A DNA stretch of 60,764 nt, filler included, from Platydemus manokwari (lineage: Eukaryota), in the NCBI GenBank assembly GCA_037951405.1. It is 6 parts of 6 records of this genome, joined end to end, with 100 filler letters (N's around TTAATTAATTAA, not from the genome) between each part and the next. Parts side by side here need not be neighbours in the genome. Positions count along the whole stretch, not along the records: positions 40,561 to 51,357 come from JBBMOY011104664.1; positions 51,458 to 60,764 come from JBBMOY011268318.1; 4 more parts are not named here. The stretch is one strand, 5' to 3'. A program made the position numbers and the translations under genes. This document shows positions 42,431 to 56,300 of the stretch, piece by piece. Position 1 is the first letter of the stretch, and each line of letters opens with the position of its first letter. The notes beneath the pieces were generated by a model. It was not told the DNA's origin. It saw nothing but the letters and a program-made list of their open reading frames with translations, and searched no databases.

Positions 42431-44445
42431 CCTGCTTTCTTTAAAACTTTTAGACATCTTCATTTCTAATTTTATTTTCATCTACTCTTTTAAGTGGTTA
42501 ATTTAATAAATAATCATCGACAAGAGCATGATCAGATAAATTAAATTCATTTTCTTCATTTTGTTTAAAAGTTAAAAATTCTTCATTATTGATAATTAAA
42601 TTCGGGTAAATTACTCTAATATTTGTATGAAATGCTTCTGTGTTTGTATAAAATTTTACACTATCTAAATGACCAGATTGTATATATTTTGTCGGTTTCA
42701 ATTTTCAATGGCTTTTAAATTTTTATTCTCCTCTTCTTTTACCAATTGTTGTTTTTCTTGAATTTCTAAGACAAGTTAAAAAAGTGGTTTGGAAATTTCG
42801 AATTCGTATTAATCGTGTGTTAGTAATTCTAAACCGCTACCATTTTGTGAAGCACGTACTAACACCGACTGGAAAGTCAAGACACAAATTTTATATTTGA
42901 CTGCAATTATATAAATAAACTAAAATTTGTTGATATTAATTTATTCAAAGGGTTTACTTGAACCTATTTTTTCGTGCATGTGATAATTTTATAACTTAAT
43001 CTTATATAATATAATTTAATAAATATCTCACTTTGTCCTATGTCTAATAGAGACAAAACAGTTTTAAAACCAAGTTATTATTCTAGTCACAAACACTTCT
43101 ATATGATTATTTGAGTTTTTAAATTAAATTTTTTAATTATACATTAAGTTAATTAAATAGACATGTTTAATAATATCATTGCTTATTTTTATAAAATAAT
43201 TTTAAAAATTTAAAGTTTCAATTTGCTTCTAATATTAAAAAAGAACTCGCTATTTTTCCATAAATTGTAATTCGACCTATTTCGGTCCCTTGTCCTAACA
43301 ATCAAATTTAGGATATTTTGAAACTTTAATCTATTTCAAACAACAAAAATTCTTCTGAATTAACTAAATAAAAATTTCAAAATGCTTTGAAAGAATGTTG
43401 TTTAATAAAATTTATAGATTTTTACAATACACTCAACAAATTTAAAATTTTTATTTAGGACCCCCTTTCTTAAGCCCTAGCCAATCTTTAAAATTGAAAT
43501 TTTATAATCCTCACAGTAATAATAAGCTTATCAAAACTGAGTCTTACTAAACCGTATTTTACAATAATTTTGATATTTATAAAATGGAATAAAATTCTAA
43601 ACTTTATTTAAATTTATAATTGCGAATTAACAAATTGATATTGTGTTTCTTTGTTTATTTTAACGATGTACCATTTTCTTTTGTCTGACTATTGACTTAA
43701 ATTGTGTTGTAAATGTAGTTAATTATTAGTTCTTATAGTCATAATAAAATATCGTTCAAATGATGTCATCAAATTAATCAACCTTAGAAAATTAACTATA
43801 TATGTAAAATTAAATAAAAGAATTCATAGATGGGGAGAAAATAAAATTATTTAAAAAAAACAGTTAGAACTAACTGACGAATATTCTTCACCACTTAACG
43901 GTATTAAGTCAAAAATAATACAACAGTCTAGTTACACCGAGAGGGTATAGTCTCCATTATATGGAAGCGCTTAATATGGATTACCTGTTAACTGGTGGTA
44001 TTTAGAATACATATAAAAGGTTGTTATTGTGATGTACTTTGCCATATTTTCAGACAGTGAATCTGTACTGACAAGTTGAATCAAATTATTCGTTTTAGCA
44101 AACCTTTACATTTGGCGATTTAAGCTAGATCTTTACACTAAGATTATTGGTCAGTTTCTGGTTTCCATAATTTTTAAATTGTCAAGACTTCGACTTTGCA
44201 ATCGATTATATGTAAGCATATATACAAATTAGAGAAGAAATAGATTTGATTTTCTCAACAAAAAAATCGAAAGACAGAATAAATTCCAAACAATATCACA
44301 GTGGATATTTTTGTTACTTCGCTGAAATAGTGATCACATTAATGATAGGTTTAAGATATAAAATTTATTCATAATACATCAAGCTGAATAACAATGAAAC
44401 TTAGCTGTATAATACTCTTTTTAGGTATAAATGGGTAAATTAAGT

Positions 44446-44803
44446 TCAAAAATTAAACAATATTATTATTAATCCGATAAATATCACCGGGAAAATCTGT
44501 AATCTATGGCTGCTATTACAGAGATATGTGTCACAACAATCCTTTTTAATTCCAATTATATTTACTGGAGTACATGTGCGTTCACATCCTTTCGATATGA
44601 TATTAGCCACTATCGAAGTACTACAAAATTCACAATTACTAGATATTTGAAATCCTTCTTTTGAATCTGGACAGCCAGAACAGAAGTAACATGATGTAGA
44701 AGCATCATTGTGTGGAAAATCTGAAATTATATTTAACATACTTAAAACAACCACTTTGATACTTACAGACACCACAGATTACCATTAATATAAAGAGCTT
44801 CAT
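44446..44803 (-). CDS. Ly6/uPAR three-finger, probably GPI-anchored secreted protein; exons 44803-44767 and 44720-44446
   Basis: The signal peptide MKLFILMVICGV is split from the rest by a 46-nt GT-AG intron. There are ten Cys ending in CCDTYLCN and a hydrophobic C-terminal tail. Confidence 0.88.
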
Positions 44804-46164
44804 CCGAATATATTATATAGCACCGTTTTTGTCATCTAATTTATACTTTATTGTTGGCGATATAATAGATAATTGTAACCTTAACATCAAATTTTATTCT
44901 GTTTGATCTTAACAATTATGATAATGTCATAATGAGCACTGAAGGATGTTCATTATACACTAATCATATGAGCTTGTGACGATATCAACAGAAAATAGAT
45001 GATACCAGATTGAATGGTGCTGTGTTGCTTGGATTTTGTTTCATTGAATAATTTCTGGATTACTAATAAGATTAAGATTGTGCTTTACGGTGAAACATGA
45101 ACTATTGATTGTTGGTCTTTGTTTTCTACTGACTTTTAAAAATAAGTGTAAATCAACGATAGATATTACTCGAGATGGAATCCGCACATGGAAGTTGGAT
45201 TGTCCGAATAGAGTCACACAGAATAAGAGTTTCCGATGTATTTGTTCATATGTTGAAAATCATACAATATGGTGTATATATAATAGAATAGATGAGAAAT
45301 TTTATTTTTTCATAAAGTAATGATAACACTTTGAAATGGGTCTAGAAGAATTTAAAGTTACAAAGATTCTTGCTAATCACCACACCGCTAATAATTCATT
45401 TACCAATAAGCCCAGCGTAAACTTGAGTAATGAAAAAATATTGACAATATGCTAGATGTATAAACAAGTACAATGATATTATTATTCATTTGATTATTAT
45501 CATGTAAATAATTTTGTTTTTCTCTAATTAACAAGTTCCGATTTCAAATAAAACTATGAAATTTTATGTCGGCAATAAATGCCAACAAGTAAGAACTCAA
45601 ACAATATGCCTTGTTATCAAAATCTTAGCAATTGAACAAAAGTGTTCACTTATTTGAAATTCTTCCACGCAAAATTAAGCTTGATTTTATTATTCGAGAT
45701 ATTACCAACGAATTAATTGTACGAGTTAATTTTCCAATTCATTATTTAAATTCAGTAGCAAATCCTATATTCGATCACATTGTCGGATTCCTTATCCAAC
45801 GCCTGTTGTTATTATTTTTGTGGAAAACCAGTCAATAAAATGTATCATTGATACCAGCATACATTATTATTGTTCCACCAAGATAAATTGATTTGTCATA
45901 ATCATGAAAATTGCGAATCAAAATTGTAGTAGTAGATTACATTCTAATTATTTCACATTTCTTTTTACTCAACATAAGGAAAGTTGGCGTTGCGCCCCAG
46001 TTTCCAAGAAAGAGGTCTTTAATGGTAATAAAATTGATATTTAATATTTTTTTGCTAAGAATTACTAAGTTATTTACATTTTCGTTTGTGTTCTAAAATT
46101 ATAACAAGAATAATGTTCCAATGTATTCTGATCATACTTTTCCAAACATGCTATTATTAACATG

Positions 46165-46182
46165 TTTATTTATTTATTTATT

Positions 46183-46217
<35 letters not shown>

Positions 46218-46262
46218 CATTGTTATTATTATTATTATTATTAATAATACCATTATTACTAC
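46165..46262. repeat. (TTTA)n/(TTA)n microsatellite
   Basis: Direct reading of the sequence. Confidence 0.9.
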
Positions 46263-47169
46263 TTCTTTTTGTTGATTTAGCAGGCGGTTCACCCACATCA
46301 ATCAATTATAACTACTATTCTATTTTTATATTTTTTGCCTAATTTTTGCTTTTAAGAAGAGATTCGCGACTTCCAGACTCGGCCCGTTGTAATTTCAATT
46401 CTATGTCACAATATATTGCGGAACCCGCTGAATTGAAGTGTATTCTAGATAAAATAAATTTTTGTTCATATTTTTAATATTTTAATATAATGATTTTTTT
46501 GTATTCAGGATTACTATTCGCATTTATAGATCTGTTTATTGATCTGTTTATTGATAATCGTTTCTGCAATGATTGTGTCACAAATGACCAGACATCAATC
46601 TAATCCAACTATCTGTCATGCCCGATCAAATTTCCTGGAGCTCGGTAGCACAATGTTTGTGCCACACTCATGGTGGGTATTGAAAATTTTAAACGGGCAC
46701 CGAAATCAGCTATCTTTATCGTCTTAAATCATAATTTTCAGAATGAGCTTTCAAATCTGAATCATTAATTTCGAACAATAAGAAAATTTTCGAATTTCTT
46801 ATAATACCTTCAAAGCATGAAATTCATTGGTTGTTCGATTTTGAACTTTATGAAATATTCCAAAAGTTTCTTCGAAAATCATACAATCTGGTGTTGCGAC
46901 GAAAACGAAACCGTTAGAGTTTTCTAATTTTAATCCAGATTTTGAAAATCTGAAATTACCGACTTACATATTAAATATATAGAAAATATATTAAATTACA
47001 GACTGGAATTGGATATTTCAAAGAAATGGTGCTTGATAATTTATCTATGAAAGTAGTGATAAAAAATGTCCTTTAAATATCATTTATATTTTATTTTATT
47101 TTTTATTCTAAGTATGGAATCAATATTTAAAAATAAGAATATAAAAGAATATTTCATTTATTGCAGGAA

Positions 47170-50100
47170 AGAAACAATGCACAAGTGCAACCTCATTTAA
47201 GCTTTAAGATCAGATCAGCCTCCAGTTGTTAAAACAATTGTTGGTGTATTTCAAAATTAATTTTCGATTTTTAGGAGTGTTCGTTGGTAAAACCTCTCCA
47301 TTTTTCATGTTTAACTCAAAAGATATAATTTTGCCGCACAAAAGAATAAAAGCGTCAAGCGTATCCAGAGCACCCTGAAAAACACGTCATTCAACGAAAT
47401 TATTAAAACTTCTTTCAATCTGAGTGATAGGTCAATCTACCAGCGATGCAATGACTTCATCAAGAGACAGCTGTCTAAATGCGCAAAACCGGAAGATAGG
47501 CTGGATAAGCTAATTACATTGCGCGAAGATCTCGATAAGTTTTTAGCGAATGACAAATATCAAAATAGGAAGGAATCGATAGAAATTGTAAAAAGCATTT
47601 AAAGCAATCTGCAAGAAATCTCCTACCAAACAAAACATTCTACACCTTGTCGAAAAAAAACACCCCTAACAATTAATCAGCAAAAAAAAATGAGATAGAC
47701 ACCATATTCAATGCCTTGAGTGAATTTCAGGAATCAACACATATAGAGGAAAAAAACACAATTACAGTCAGATCTGAAAAATAAAGACAAAAACAACACC
47801 AATCAATGACTGGGTATGCCTTCACCAGCTGGCTGCGCCAACATCACTCTATCTGGTGCAGATAGCACGTCCGTCCCGAAAAAATTAAATTATCGTTTCA
47901 ACCCAAATATATGGTTTTCAGACACAGATATTATGAATATCCTGCAGATATACATACCAAAACCAAAGTTCAGCTTCATCAATCCTTTATTCATGTAAAA
48001 CATCGTAAACGGCAAACGTCTGCATTCGAATTTCAAAAAAATTCATTCAGCTGCACAATTAGTTTTTGCACCGATCAACATTGCAAATAAACACTGGATT
48101 CTGCTAGTTTACGACAATGTTTCCAACAAAGACTATTGGATTGATTCTATAAAAACAATTTACGATCCGAAAACATGGATTGAGATATACACCAAAGTCC
48201 ATCAAAGGCTGAACAAATTACTTGGAACCAATCACAAATTTATTGAAAGTGAACCATTGATTTGCTTCTATGCCATCCAAATCGCCAATGGTCAAAGTCT
48301 CAACGATGAAGATTATCCAATAATCGAACTTCACAAACTGGCCCATGAACAGTCACACAATAATACAGTTAATGGAGAAATAATTGACTTGTTGAAATAT
48401 GATGATGAGTGCCAAATTTCGGATAAACAGATTGGTGGAGGAACTACTTCGATCAAAAACAGTACTGAAAAGCAAACTGAAGAAATTATCAACATTCTCA
48501 GCTTGCACTTTAAAGAATGTCCAGAAATTTTTATCATGAATGCAGCCTTAACTATTAACATTGTAGAAGAAAATAGAGATTACATTATTAACAACTTCAA
48601 CTTTAAACAGTTCAAAGATATAAATTACGTTGCTACAATTGCCAAAATTGATGAATCAGTTTATCTATTCGTTTATGGACATATTGAACCAACCAGCTCA
48701 ATTCACCATCTTGAGAGGCCAGAACAAGGAGACAAAAGTCAGTTTGCCGCTACAAAGCTTACAGAATGTTTAAACATATTCTTCCTGAAAGGAAAAGTTC
48801 GTCTCATGGACTTACCAGATACAACAAAAATTCACACAAAGACTGGTGACAATGCCATACAAATCTGCATTGATCAATTTTAGAAACATGTAACAAAGAC
48901 TTTCAAGTTCAACTCTCATGACTTAGAAACAATGATAAGGCAAGAAGTTAAAAAGACAAGTGATAAAACACTAGTGATAAATAGCAAAATATCAATACAA
49001 GACACTTTCGCCTTCTTCAGAGCTTTAAAACTAGGTCCAGAGCATATCATCTTGAATCCAACAACCACTGCAGCTATTTTCGACAACAACTGGCAATATC
49101 TGACAGTTTTTGGAAACACAGACCAAATAAAGGAAGCCAAATACATTTACTGCCTGATCCATCCTCAATTTTCCATCTATATTTGATAATCATCGACGTC
49201 GACATATGGGAATACTATGTGTTCAATCCATCATATGCAATAAAGAACGAAGATTTCTTTATATACTGTATAGTGTTGTTAAAAAGATCATGAAATTTTC
49301 AACTATCAACAGTACATGTAAATTCACTCAAAATGAGTGTCCTCATATTACTAAAGGATCTGGTCTTTTCAACAACCTACTGATATGCAGTTATACAGAG
49401 AGTTATGCATTTGAAATACCACCAATGGATTTGAACGTCGATGATATATCAAGGCTGCTTTAACTCGAAATTGTTCACGAACATTTACAGTAAAAGGTCA
49501 AAAATAATAACAAAACCGAAACCTTCAATGAAAGACAGGATGATGAATTTAACTCAATCGTGGCAACATGTATTGATTACAATTCAGATTCAATGTATAA
49601 TATCATGACATCAAACATTCCAGTTAGACCAAAGGACCAAACAACCCAATATAAACCATACTTGGGTAATAATAAGGCTTTCCAATTACCGGAAAAATCA
49701 AAACTTTGCTTTCTATTCAATTCAAAAATGAAACATATAATTAATAAAATATTGACCAATTCGGAAATTGTCAATGAACTTCTATCAATTGATGACATAT
49801 GTTAACATTTTAGAATAAGTGCTCCAAATTCCGAAAATTGGCCAATTCTCCAAATTTGCCAAGCCAGACAACCAATGCTTGAGCTTTTACCAATCACAAA
49901 TATCGAAGTTTTTGCCAAACTAAAATCGATGCGGAATTCAACACCGGGCTGTGACAACATCAATTATGGCCATTTAGTTCATTTCGATCAGCAAGGCAAA
50001 TTTGTATCGACATTGTACAACAAAATAATCGATAATGGCCTGTCACCAAGGAGCTGGTAGAGTTTTCAAACAACTCTAATACCAAAACCAGGAAAGAATT

Positions 50101-50265
50101 CTCTCAAAGAAATAACAAACTGGAGACCGATTGCTCTTGCAAGTTCGTCATATAATGTCTAAACATCGATTTTGTGACAGACCCAACAAATGGGCATTAA
50201 AACATGGCATTCTCCATCCCAGCCAGAAAGACGAATCAAAATTTGAAGGCTGCATTGAACATTGA
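47170..50265 (+). mobile_element. NeSL/R2-like non-LTR retrotransposon with Ulp1 (C48)-like protease domain(s), decayed and 3'-truncated
   Basis: Ulp1 motifs WFSDTDI..., VFAPINIANKHWILLVYD...WIDS at about 47910-48150. RT start: STPGCDNINYG, SW*SFQTTLIPKPG, NWRPIAL, EGCIEH. The 5' boundary is approximate. Confidence 0.82.
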
Positions 50266-51290
50266 ATGGCGCCGTTGTCAGAATAAAATTTCGATTAAAG
50301 ATACAGAAAAGGAGAGAATCATAGTAATGCAGTCGGATTGTCTAGGATCAACCAGACATTAAGTTCCCAGTGCAGACTAGTAAAAACAGAAAAGCCTCAA
50401 ACCAGATATTTAGCCCAAATATAATAAAAGTCGGAGATAACGCAGAAAATCCAGGAAGTACAGCATAAAGATGCAAAAATAGTGGAAAAGCTCCGATTTC
50501 TAGATTATGAAACAACTCTAGATAGCAAGGAGGTCTGAGATAAACATTCACTTTCGAGAATTAAAGATAAGAGGAAGATAGTCGAGAAAGAGGAGGATTT
50601 AGCTGCCATAATACCGAACGTTTTGCCTATAAACTCTGCCACTTAGGCTCAAAGAAAATCTTTGTGTATTTGGGCGGTAATGTTTATCGGATTGTTCAAC
50701 ACCGTCAAAAGGGTGGATACTGAAAGAATGTATTACCTATGTAAAGAGAAAGGTTAATCAATCCAGAACTAAGGAGTTTCTGCTCCTTCAGTCGTAGTGA
50801 ACATTCCCCAAATGAACATGGTGTTTAGTAACGAGAATTATCTATTAGTTATTATCAACAGATTCTGCAAAGCTGGCGAGCCTCACTTCCACATCTAAGC
50901 ACGACAAAATATATCTTCAAGATCATCTTGAACTCGTGGATTTATCGTTTTGGAATCCCAGAGTACATTTTATCTGGTAATGGGAAACAATTTGGAGACA
51001 AGTTTTTGAGAGAGGGGTATTCAAAATTGGGAATCAAATGTGAATTCAACTCACCATACCAGCATCAATCGAATGGACTAGCGGAAAGAGTCAAAAGAAC
51101 GATATGATATATGATAACAGCTATCTTAAAGAGCTAGAACCCCGACAAAAGATGCGCTGAAATGTTGTTAAAAAATCAAGCCCTAAATCAATCAACAAAG
51201 TCTTCACCATTCGAGATAATCTACGTGTGGAAGATCAATGCCATACGAATGTGAGTCACAAGAATTAAACTCGAGGCTATTGTGAGATAT
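50266..51290 (+). mobile_element. Degenerate Gypsy fragment (PBS-like TGGCG, gag and integrase) abutting the truncated non-LTR RT
   Basis: LCHLGSKKIFVYL matches the 7.3-8.3 kb integrase. FGIPEYILSGNGKQF and SPYQHQSNGLAERV are integrase core motifs. Confidence 0.8.
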
Positions 51291-52256
51291 TTGATACTAA
51301 ATGAATTTCAATTTAATTTGAAACAATTTTAATTTACATTTTAGTCAAACTTTTTAANNNNNNNNNNNNNNNNNNNNNNNNNNNNNNNNNNNNNNNNNNN
51401 NTTAATTAATTAANNNNNNNNNNNNNNNNNNNNNNNNNNNNNNNNNNNNNNNNNNNNTGTTCAGCGTTATAACAATTTGTGTTAATAAAATACCTGCATA
51501 AAAACATGAATAACTTTTGACTCAACCTGGTATTCTTGTTTTTGCTTGACATTGGAGTCAAAGTACAAACATCGTTTATGACTAGTTTTAACAAATGTAT
51601 CGTAGTGATAATTTTGTATAATCGTTGTATTTACGAGGTTTTCGTAATCTAATTTTAAACTATATTAAACGGAATTTTTACCACTGAAATTATCACTGAA
51701 ACTGTTATTGTTAGAGACAAATTTAGAAAATAAATTCTAATTAAAAAGTACTTGTGCAAGCTGTTGATAAAGACCTTTCCCATGGTCGTTAAACTAGGTC
51801 ATAGTAAGATGTACTAAATATATTTTAATAAAATATTAAAAAGTTAACTTTTCTATTCTATCGTTTTACTAGGTCTTCTATAAATAAATTAATTAAAAAT
51901 ATTCCTTTTTTAATTACTTATTTTATGTTATTGAATATTATATTTTACTTGCTCATATTTTTCTAAAATATTCGTTATGTTTTGCAAAATTAGAAAAAAT
52001 ATTATATAATATAATGTTCAAGTTTAAAAATGTGATTGGTGATAATAATTTTTACAAATTATTTGTAATTTACTTGTTAATATTCTAGTTTCTATAAATT
52101 AATTTAATAATTATTATTAGAAATATTTTTGTTAAATCAGTTTGATTTATCGGCTATGATATAACCTGGTGTGGCATAAATTAAATAATCTAAAGCGCAA
52201 TGTAACAAATTGATAATAACAATAATTCATTGAAATATTTTATAGAAAGTACTTAC

Positions 52257-53340
52257 TTTTTTCACCTTTTTAAGTGAACACATTGTAATACACGTAATTA
52301 CAATATTAAATGCATAAAATCCTATCAATGAGAGTGCTAGGTCTTCTTTGGGAAGATCTGATAAGCCTTTATCATAATCGGCACATTTTCCGAAACTAAA
52401 TATTGGTAAATATTGAGGAAGTTTTCCATAAGGTGAATCAATATTTCCATCAAACATCTCCTTCACTAGTGTATCTACTGTCGATCGAACTCCACGATGA
52501 GCAAGATCAACTAGTTCATTGTAATCCTTAAATTAGATAAAAATTCAAGAATTCAAAAAAAATTGTACATTTGTATCCAACAGACATTTTGCTAAACCTA
52601 AAAGAGATTTTCCACCAAAGAAATTTATCCCGCAAGACTGAGGATTGTGGTCGTCATCAAAATACAGAAATCCAGAACATGAACCATGAGCATAAAACAT
52701 ACACGGATAATGTGAGGATATATCTTTTAAATCATTTTGTTCTATCTTCAATTTCGTTTTCATGCTTTCCAAAAACTTAAATAATAGTTGCAATCATATT
52801 GTTGATATTATATTATTGATATTTTAACCTTGTTCATCATATCACTGTCAAAATCCCCATAGCCTTTAACTTGAATATCTTCAACAAGCATGTTTTCAAT
52901 ACCTATTTGTTCTAAAGCTACCCGATAACCGATTAAATACGAAGTATGTTCATTCACAAATACCACTTCTTTGTTCAGAATCGATTTTATTTTATCTCTA
53001 AATATCATTTTATTATTTTATTATAAATATAAAATCCAATAAACTTGTTTCTCATTGCGAATACACCTGTTATGTGAATCTTGTAATCATTATCATCAAG
53101 TTGTAATGCATTCAATTGTAGAAATTTCAATGCATCTTCAAAATCATTATTAGAAAATAAAGAGAATTCCAATGTCAAAGTTGTCGCATTGTAATCGAGA
53201 AATTCTTCTTTACTATTTTTATTCACATATAATATTTTTGTCAAAGTGTTTCCACTGTCGATTGCAATTAGAGTATGAGGTTTTGTAAAATTACTTTTTG
53301 GTAATTTGATATATTCGGTTTTGATAGGAACGATAGACAT
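52257..53340 (-). CDS. PANK: Divergent type II pantothenate kinase (fumble/PANK family), 3' end not found; exons 53340-53045, 52997-52829, 52775-52569, 52526-52257
   Basis: IAIDSGNTLTKILY (cf. DIGGTLxK), IHITG, VNE, YPC, FGGKSLLGL, ELVDLAHRG...VDTLVKEMF and FSFGK..EDLALSL. Introns are GT-AG and in phase. Confidence 0.85.
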
Positions 53341-56300
53341 TTTGAATGATTTAATGTTGAAAAATTCATTATTTTATTCATTTATGACCATATATCAGTT
53401 ATAATTGAACTTCGATATAATTTTGTGAATTCATGTCAAACATTCAACGATTTATAAACGGAAATCGATTCAATTTAAAATTGAAGTACTTTTAATTTTA
53501 TGATTTTATTAATGTGTTATACTATTGAGTAAGAACTTTTGTTATCTAGAATTTTAATTATACATGGAATTTTAAATACAGATTAAAACTCGCATTAATT
53601 TCAATGCATGTCTTAAGATTTTTATATTTTATCCTTCTTCTCTCAAAATATGTTAGCGGATAGCTTGAATAGGCATCTACAATTTACTTTATTGAACAAC
53701 ACTGGTATAAAAATAGATATGGATTTTCATATAAAATTAAATTTACTGATCATAGCCAAAATAGGTAATGTTGGAATAATAATCAACAATTAACTTGAAT
53801 ATTTTATTAACTAAAATGTTACAATCTCAATCACAATAAATACAGTTAAACCACTTTTGAAGTCAACGATAGTCTATCACACAAGATAGAATCAGCATCC
53901 AAAAGTCAAAGAGAGAATGGAAAACAACTAAAAAGATTAGTTACTGAAAATCACGAAAAGTTAAGATTAATACATAGGTTACCGACCAAACAAGACTGGC
54001 AGCTACTCATGGAACCAAACCTTTTTTTGGATCTATTGAGGGTATCTGCTTGATGTCACAGATCTTCGTATTCCATTTTCTGAATTTGTTCGTACATTGG
54101 CCTGCTTGAAATTTTCCTTGTATCTCTTATACCATTGGCAGATATTCGAGTTTGCTACGGTCTGTAGGTATGTGCCTGTCGATTCTTAACTTCTAAATAT
54201 GGATTAATATTAAAACGAATCTGATTGGCTGATGATACATAAGCCTATCGGATCTGTGTGTGTCGACACTTTTAAGGATTATTTCCCTGATTCTTGCAAA
54301 CGTTTTGGTTGATTTTTGATCTACCAAATAATCAAGTAATAGGAAAATTTAACTTGTTGGGATTTTAATAATATAAAATTAATCTTCTCTTAAATAATAA
54401 GATTTCATGAACATCTTAGAGTTCCTAATCAAGTTTGTTCCTAGACTTTTATTAGTAATGAGATCTTTACTAATTATAGACTTGAATTCTTCTTTCTCTA
54501 TCCTTGAATTCAGTAAAACAAGATGAAATTTGCATTACAAAATTCTCTATTTATTTTATTTTGAATAATTTTTACAATTATTCATATTCCTAGAAGATAT
54601 TATTTAAAATTTCAACGTCTGAAATGACCAAACTCAGTCTCTATAAACGAATGTTTGACATTTTAAGCAATCAAAATGTTCGACAAAATAAATTTTAACA
54701 TAAAATAACAAGAACTCGTCCTTTAATATTATTCGGAAATTATTCTCATATTTTACCTCATGTATAATGTATTTAAGAAACCCGGTGGTTTGTTTGGCAG
54801 ATAGACATTATTAATTTTAATTTTAATTATTATACAATTTATGTTATAACCGTCAGGAGCTCTTTATCTTTCGAGCAATATGTCGACGTTATTAAAAAGT
54901 AACCGTAGAAGATTTTGAATTGATGTTACAATATCATTTCATACTCCTTTTCCACTACAGCCATTATTCGTTTTTCATCGCAGATAACGTAATATTTTTA
55001 TTTTAATACCAAAATTCGCATTAGTGAAATTATGGGCCGGCACTGATGTTTTGTTCTCAATTTGATTTTATCATAAATTCTTGCAAATTATAAAATTGAA
55101 AATTTTAATTTTAATTTCTGAAATAATCAAAGCTCCAAATTAGAGACTGGTCGATTGTTGAAACATCAATCTGCGAATTTAAAATTCTAAATCTTAGGTT
55201 ATTAGGGTTGGCATTTATTTATTATGATTTAATGACAATTTTAAGACTAACAAATATCTCGAAAAATTAAAATGATCGTAGAACACATGAAATTTCAAAT
55301 ATCTAATCTATTTTTATGAAAATCATCAATGATTTAATTTAGTGAATTTTTATTTAATTTCTATTTTTATTATTAAAATTAAGTTATTTGACCTATCATT
55401 ATTTATTTAGTATGTTATCATTTATTTATATTTTAATTATATTTGCAATTTTTGAGTTATGGTCTCTTCAATGAAATTAAGTAATTATTCCTATCGATTT
55501 TATTTGTCTGTCAAGCACGCTTGATTGTAATATCTAAGAAAAATCGAACAATTGTTTATCTAATCTCTCAGTTATCCCAAAACATTTATTAAATTTATTT
55601 TATTCATCTTCCATTTTTATTCATTTTTCTTGGAAAATGAGTTAATTTATATATCGGTAGATACCTGTCTACTTGGATTGAATATTTGAACTGCTGATTC
55701 TATACAGTTAAAAGAGATAGGTAATAACCTTTAGATAAGAACCTTTATTGATCAGTGAAATTTACAAAATTTTTAACTCATTTAATTTTAAATGGTAAAA
55801 GGAGGTTGATTTATCTCATCCACCGTGGGTATGGAAAAAATCCTCTTTAATAAAATTCTAATATTTAGAATATATTACTTTTAAAGTCTTCAAAACAGTA
55901 GAAACAAGAAATATTTGCCCGGGTCATATAGATACATCATTTTTGTCAATAATTCTAATACTTTTGTTTAATGAAAATCTATCTCAAGAGCTATTCACAA
56001 CTTTAATGTTTATTATTAAACGAAGGTTCATTTCTTTCACCTGAAGTTCTCCACAATTTCATTTTGTCAGTAAATATCGAATTCTAATTCAATAATTAAT
56101 AATTCGTTTCAAAAATCAATTTTAAACTTGCTTATACATTGACGAATTTAATTCAAAAAGCTTAATTACATTCGATAAACCAAACCTGTACATAACTTTA
56201 ATGGAGTTGGAAACAGAACATGTTAAAAATTATATTAAAATTGTTAATAATTATGGTGAAACATATCAATCAAATTTGATCTCAATACCGATAAATAAAA

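Noticed and set aside
40390-43010. About 40-bp direct repeat at about 40390 and 42973 bracketing the Polinton remnant
   Set aside because: The copies are in direct orientation and separated by an assembly spacer, so they cannot be called the element's TIRs.
46423-46440. ACCCGCTGAATT resembling the 5' conserved segment of 28S rRNA
   Set aside because: Only about 12 nt match, and the flanks show no rRNA similarity.
46900-47170. Spliced-leader RNA target upstream of the NeSL-like element
   Set aside because: No recognisable SL exon or Sm-site sequence was found.
10222-51413. TTAATTAATTAA recurring at roughly 10-kb spacing
   Set aside because: It is always centred in N runs and has stops in all six frames, so it is an assembly linker rather than a biological repeat or CRISPR. 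Gene neighbourhoods across it were not interpreted.
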